From contig OZ024748.1 of assembly GCA_964016885.1 (NCBI GenBank), forward strand, positions 47,802,001 through 47,866,000: a DNA stretch of 64,000 nt. The letters run 5' to 3'. The notes under the pieces were generated by a model. The model saw only the letters and a list, made by a program, of their open reading frames with translations, was not told the DNA's origin and searched no databases. A program made the position numbers and the translations under genes. Position 1 is the first letter of the stretch. Every line of letters starts with the position of its first letter. Below are positions 57,757 through 64,000 of this stretch, in pieces. Origin of the DNA: Eledone cirrhosa. Its lineage: Eukaryota.

Positions 57757-58290
57757 AATTCTCAGACCGGGTGATGTGTTGTTTCCTTGAGCAAGACACT
57801 TTATTTCACATTGATCCAGTTTTACTCAGCTGTAGAAATGAGATGATAGAGACTGGTGTCCCTATCATTCCACATTGCAAAGTGGTCGTGGAGGTGCCAC
57901 GGCAAAAAAGCACCCAGCGCACACTGTAAAGTGGACGTGTAGGTGCCACGGAAAAAAAAAGCACCCAGCACTCACTGTAAATGAGGTTGGTGTTAGGAAG
58001 GGCATCCAGCTGTAGAAATTAAGCCAGAAGCAGTTCCCGTCCCACCCTTGCAAGCAGGGAAAAGCTGTTTCATGGCATAAAGTGACTGAGAGTACAAGAC
58101 TTCCCCCTGGACAGGATGCCCGTCCATTGCTGGGTTAAACTCCCAGCTTTTGCTGGTACTCATTTTCAGCTGAGTATACTGGAGCAATGTGAAATGAAGT
58201 GTTTTGCTCAAGAACACAACAGGCAACCCAGGAATCAAACCCACGACATTACGATCTTAAGTCCAACACCCTTACCAATAGACCTAACCA
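57757..58290. mobile_element. Two abutting CORE-type SINEs (57757-58065 plus; 58070-58290 minus)
   Basis: Match to family consensus sequences. Confidence 0.7.
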
Positions 58291-59387
58291 ATATATTTAT
58301 ATACAGAGAGAGTGAGATTTTGGTATTCCTAGTAGTTGTTATATACTATAGTTGTATACCCCTGTTTGATATATAATTCATAGTGTTTCCTTCATATAAC
58401 TTAATATGGTCACTCTGATAGATAAAATAATTCATTTCTCACATCATTGAATGCTTTGGGACAAATTCAAATACCTTGCCCTATCACAGCTTCAGCTTCA
58501 ATGTAATACTTGAAATAAAATTATATATATCTCTCCGATCTTTTAATAATATATAATGCTCTGGCTTGCACCATTTATACAGGTCGTTGAATGATTCTTT
58601 TTATCTGCTTCACGACTGACAGACCATAATGTGGTCCGCATATCCCTGTTCAGTTAACCCTATATTTTAATATATATATATATATATATAAATACAATTA
58701 ATACAGTAACAGAGATAGTTTAAAGCTAATCTCTGACTGGTAACCATCTCACTCAACAAACATTAGGTTATATTTTAATATAAACCCAATTTAAGTGTTT
58801 GGGTGCTAACAATATGTATTATGTGGAAAAGCCAGTTGTATTATTTTATGAGATATTAACAATATGTATTATGTGGAAATATATATATTGTTATACTTGG
58901 GGAGGGTCATATTTGTGTAATATTGCCAGAATTAATAACAGAACACACTTATCGCCGTTATATATATATATATATATATAATAATAATAATGAAATTATT
59001 GTGTACAGTGCTCAGGTGCACTACAACTCATCAAAGGTGCATGTATAGTACATAGAATAATGTACAAATGTCAGGAAAATGAACAGTGTATGAGTCATGA
59101 TATAGTAACAATAACAATAATATATATATATATATATAGATATATATATAATGATATTAATAGAAGTGTTTTATGTAAAAAGACAGTTAAACAGTTGAAA
59201 ATTAACTAAATGTGTACTCAATACACATGTTCAATGATAGGTTTTATTTCTTGAATAAATTAGTAGCGCTAACTTTGGAAAATGAACTACATAAATACAT
59301 ATATATCATCATCACCATACAGACACACACACACACATATATATATATATGTAATAATAATAATAATAATAATAATATAATAATAAT

Positions 59388-59578
59388 AATTGTTTCTACT
59401 TTTGGCACAAGGCCAGCAATTATCCCAGTGCATTACTGGTATTTTTATTTTATTGACCCCGTAAGGATGAAAGGCAAAGTTAACCTCAGCGGGATTTGAA
59501 CTCAGACCATAAAGGACCGTAACTCTATGCTGCAAAGAATGTTGTCTGATCTTCTACTGATACTGCCAATCCACCAGT
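59388..59578 (-). mobile_element. Family M SINE
   Basis: Match to consensus; (AAT)n tail. Confidence 0.75.
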
Positions 59579-60741
59579 TATATATACACCCCCGTCCCAC
59601 CACCCCCACCCCATCCACACCGCCCCCTTCTATGTAAAGTTGTGTTGGTGCCACACCTTCCAGGCCGAAACAAATGAGATCGTGTAGGTGTCACGACAAA
59701 AAAACACACAGTCCACGCTGTAATGTGGCCGTGTAGACAACACGGTAAAAACCTCCCAGACCCACACTGTAAATGTGGTTGGTGTTAGGAAGGGCATCCA
59801 ACTGTAGAAAACCTGCCAGACAGTCCTATGCGAGCAAGACAATCACTCTTGCCTCAAGTGGGAAAACCCCCGTCCAAACCCATGCAAGCGTGGAACACGG
59901 ACGTTAAACGTTGATGATGATGATGATGATGAAGATAAGGGGAATATTGTGTATTACCCGATTACCAGTAAGAAAATTAGCTCAATGTAAATATCAGATA
60001 TACTATAGAGCAGAAATTAAATGCATTAAACAAAAACTTGATTGTTATCTATGTTGTGTGTATATATATATATATATACTGATTGTGTTGTTATTTCTGT
60101 TTACCTTTTATATACATATATATATATATATATGTATGTATGTATATCCATGCATATATATATATACGTACACATACACATATATCCATGCATATATACA
60201 CATGTTATTTCTCTTAAGAAATCTCTCTGTGTGAAGCCAGCTGCTCTGTTCTGGAAAATGGTCAAATCCCAAGATAATATGATCTTGTTTGTCCAAATCT
60301 TCTTCATAATTCTATATTTACATTGAAATTCTACAGAACTCTTCAACAGGAAATGATTGAAATTTTGTGAAATACAATCAAAATATCAATATTTGTTTAG
60401 TCTCATCACATTTCACATTTGAAAATATGAAATATGAAATTTTATTCTATTTTATTTTCTATAAAATGTTTTAGAAAAAAAATCTATTTATTTTTAGCAT
60501 TTGAGAACAATGAAGTTGTGTTGGTTTATTCAGACATACCACTGCGTGGAGGGTGGTGTGTTTTAAAGAGGAGGGTATTGAGGTGTGTATTTATTGTTAG
60601 AGGTGTGTGTATATTTATTCTGAGATAAATATGTAGTGTGAGAATCGTGTTTATATTATGTGAGATGTACATGTATATTTATTTATCTCTCTCTCTCTAT
60701 ATATATATATATATGTATGTATAAATATAGATATATATGTA

Positions 60742-60810
<69 letters not shown>

Positions 60811-61029
60811 GTACATTGTATTGTGGTGAGAAGTCTGTGTATATTGAGAGAGGTGCTTACATATTATGAGATGTGAGTATATATGTATATTGTAAAAAGT
60901 ATGTATATAGACTATGAAGTATGTGTATGTGCCTCGTAAAAGTTGCATGCATATAATGTTGTATATGTGTGCATATACAGTAAGTATATATATATATATA
61001 TATATACATGTGTGTGAGTGTGTCTGTAT

Positions 61030-61364
61030 GTCATCATCATCATCATCATTTCATTTTACGTCCACTTTTCCCTGCTTGCAAGGGTGGGACGGGAACTGAT
61101 TCTGGCTTGATTTCTACAGCTGGATGCCCTTCCTAACACCAACCTCATTTACAGTGAGTGCTGGGTGCTTTATTGCCGTGGCACCTCCACGACCACTTTG
61201 CAGTGGAATAATAGGGACCCCAGTCCCTATCATCTCATGTCTACAGCTGAGTAAACTGGTGCAATGTGAAATAAAGTGTCTTGCTCAAGGAAACAACACA
61301 TCACCCGGTCTGAGAATTGAACTCACAACCTTTCTCGATTGCTCTAACCACTAAGCCATGTGCC

Positions 61365-61365
<1 letters not shown>
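61030..61365 (-). mobile_element. CORE-type SINE
   Basis: Match to consensus. Confidence 0.8.
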
Positions 61366-61396
<31 letters not shown>

Positions 61397-61887
61397 AATA
61401 GGGGTATCTGTAAACTCAAGAGTCTGTGTAGTCTGTGTATATGCTCTGAAGGGTGTGTAGAATGTTATTTTGCCAACCTAAACATTGAAATATTCCATAC
61501 CAAACCACCTGAAACCAACTCTGATTCTATCATACAAAACTGTTTTCTTTCAAAAAGAATATTCTATCATAATTTTATGAAACAACATTTGTTATGCTAT
61601 GTTCCAAACATATTATAGTTCCAAGCTTAACAATGTGAAACTTAGTTATATTATTAAATCCCTCCAAATTTTTCATTATAATCAAAATTATTTTAAAATC
61701 ATAGGCAGTGTCTTTCACAAGAAATACAGTAGAAGGATTAAACCCAAACACCCACCCACACATAAACATACATATATATGTATACACACACACACATATA
61801 TATATATAGATATATATATATATATACACACACATATGTATACATATATATATACACACACACATGTGTATACATATATATATGTGT

Positions 61888-61921
<34 letters not shown>

Positions 61922-61923
<2 letters not shown>

Positions 61924-62394
61924 GGAAAGTTATATTTAAAATTGTTGGGTTACAACTAGTAAATATTTATAACTGGTATAAAAGCACTCGACAAATATTT
62001 GGAGTATATTTACAATATTAAATAAATGGAAAACTATATTTATAAAACCATATTTATTTCATTATATATATTTCGGGGATATCATATTAACAATATTCTA
62101 TGCCTTCATCAGACAAAATACAATATAAACAGTTTTATAGACAAATAGGTTCGACATACCGTTATAACACCGACTTCATTTGAAGAGTAAACCTCTTCAA
62201 ATGAAGTCACAGCCAGAGTAAACCTCTTCAAATGAAGTCGGTGTTATAACGGTATGTCGAACCTATTTGTCTATAAAACTGTTTATATTGTATTTTGTCT
62301 GATGAAGGCATAGAATATTGTTAATATGATATCCCCGAAATATATATAATGAAATAAATATGGTTTTATAAATATAGTTTTCCATTTATTTAAT

Positions 62395-62400
<6 letters not shown>
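61922..62400. mobile_element. Family C PLE-like element: 390-bp palindrome (62011-62400) with two divergent hammerheads plus tail
   Basis: ~177-bp arms read as identical; hammerheads at 62055-62120(-) and 62291-62356(+): TATTTTGT-CTGATGA..GAAA-TATATA-TA^ATGAAATA; tail ACTCC..GAGTGCT on minus. Confidence 0.8.
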
Positions 62401-62492
<92 letters not shown>

Positions 62493-62494
62493 TT

Positions 62495-62526
<32 letters not shown>

Positions 62527-62749
62527 ATTATATATATATATATATATACACAGTCATGTATATATATATGTATCCTCCACATTACTACTGCAGTGAATAC
62601 TTTTACTAGATATGATGTGTTTATTTCATATTGGCTAAACTTTGTTGGTGCCTGTTACTACAGGGAAATAAGACACATAAACAAATGTGCAGATATACAT
62701 GCACACCTATAATATATAAACATATCCACACACAGACATATATATACGT

Positions 62750-62926
62750 ATATATGTGTGTGTGCATATATATATATGTGTATATATATATGTGTATATA
62801 TATGTGTATATATATATTATATGTATGTGTATATATATATATATATAAGTAAATGTATATATATATGTATATGTATATATATATGTGTATATATATATGT
62901 ATGTGTATATATATATGTATATGTAT

Positions 62927-62958
<32 letters not shown>

Positions 62959-62965
62959 GTATATG

Positions 62966-62999
<34 letters not shown>

Positions 63000-63069
63000 T
63001 GTATATATATAAATGTATATATATATATATATATGTATATATATAAATGTATATATGTATATGTATGTA

Positions 63070-63123
<54 letters not shown>

Positions 63124-63265
63124 TATATATATATGTGTGTATATATATCTATATATATATATATGTGTGTGTATATATATATGCATATATATGTGTGTAT
63201 ATATATATATATGTGTGTATACATCTATATATATATGTGTGTGTATATATATATATATGTATATA

Positions 63266-63363
<98 letters not shown>

Positions 63364-63435
63364 TATATATATATGTGTGTATATATATCTATATATATAT
63401 ATGTGTGTGTGTATATATATATGTATATATATGTG

Positions 63436-63516
<81 letters not shown>

Positions 63517-63530
63517 GTATATATATATAC
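62750..63530. repeat. (TA)n/(TG) array
   Basis: Direct inspection. Confidence 0.95.
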
Positions 63531-63604
63531 TCACCCACACACTTGCAATGTTATTAATGCTTATGTGTTTTGTCCTTGTGGCAAAATGAATATTATTATT
63601 ATCT

Positions 63605-63667
<63 letters not shown>

Positions 63668-64000
63668 ATTTTAGTAGTAACAAAACAGCATTTCTGTTAA
63701 AAACACCATAAAAAACTCGTCTTTGAAAAGTCATTATTCAATGATATATTTTCTCTGTTACTGATGTTGTTGTTGTCACTCTTATCATTATGGCTTTTGT
63801 TATTGTTGTGGTTATTGTTACTGTTTCTATTGTTGTTGTTGTTGTTGTTGTTGTTTATATTGTTGTTGTTGTTGTTGTTGTTTGTATTGTTGTTGTTGTT
63901 GTTGTTGTTTCTATTGTTGTTGTTGTTGTTGTTGTTGTTTGTATTGTTGTTGTTGTTGTTGCTGCTGCTCACTGTTGTTGAGACTGTTGTTAATAATGTT
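63605..64000. repeat. (GTA)n and (TTG)n microsatellites
   Basis: Direct inspection. Confidence 0.9.

Overview
Eukaryotic, AT-rich and almost wholly repeat-derived DNA (intergenic or a large intron). The tRNA-headed CORE-type and Meta-type SINEs with very long (TA)n/(CA)n tracts fit an octopod cephalopod best (inference). No convincing host protein-coding gene was found, and nearly all long ORFs are translations of microsatellites. Recognisable content: about 40 SINE copies of three or four families; 3' fragments of Tx1/L1-like, CRE-type RLE, RTE and CR1 LINEs; a ~610-bp repeat lying in (TA)n; several minisatellites; a ~7.7-kb CCA-rich array with a 200-N gap. The main hidden signal is a dense set of short Penelope-like (PLE)-type elements, mostly next to (TA)n. 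They carry minimal type-I hammerhead ribozymes (about 12 candidates, two with a U3-A8 compensatory core), fold back into palindromes at their 5' ends, and share an ACTC...GAGT 3'-tail hairpin across otherwise dissimilar families. All of this was read by eye; coordinates of degenerate elements are approximate.
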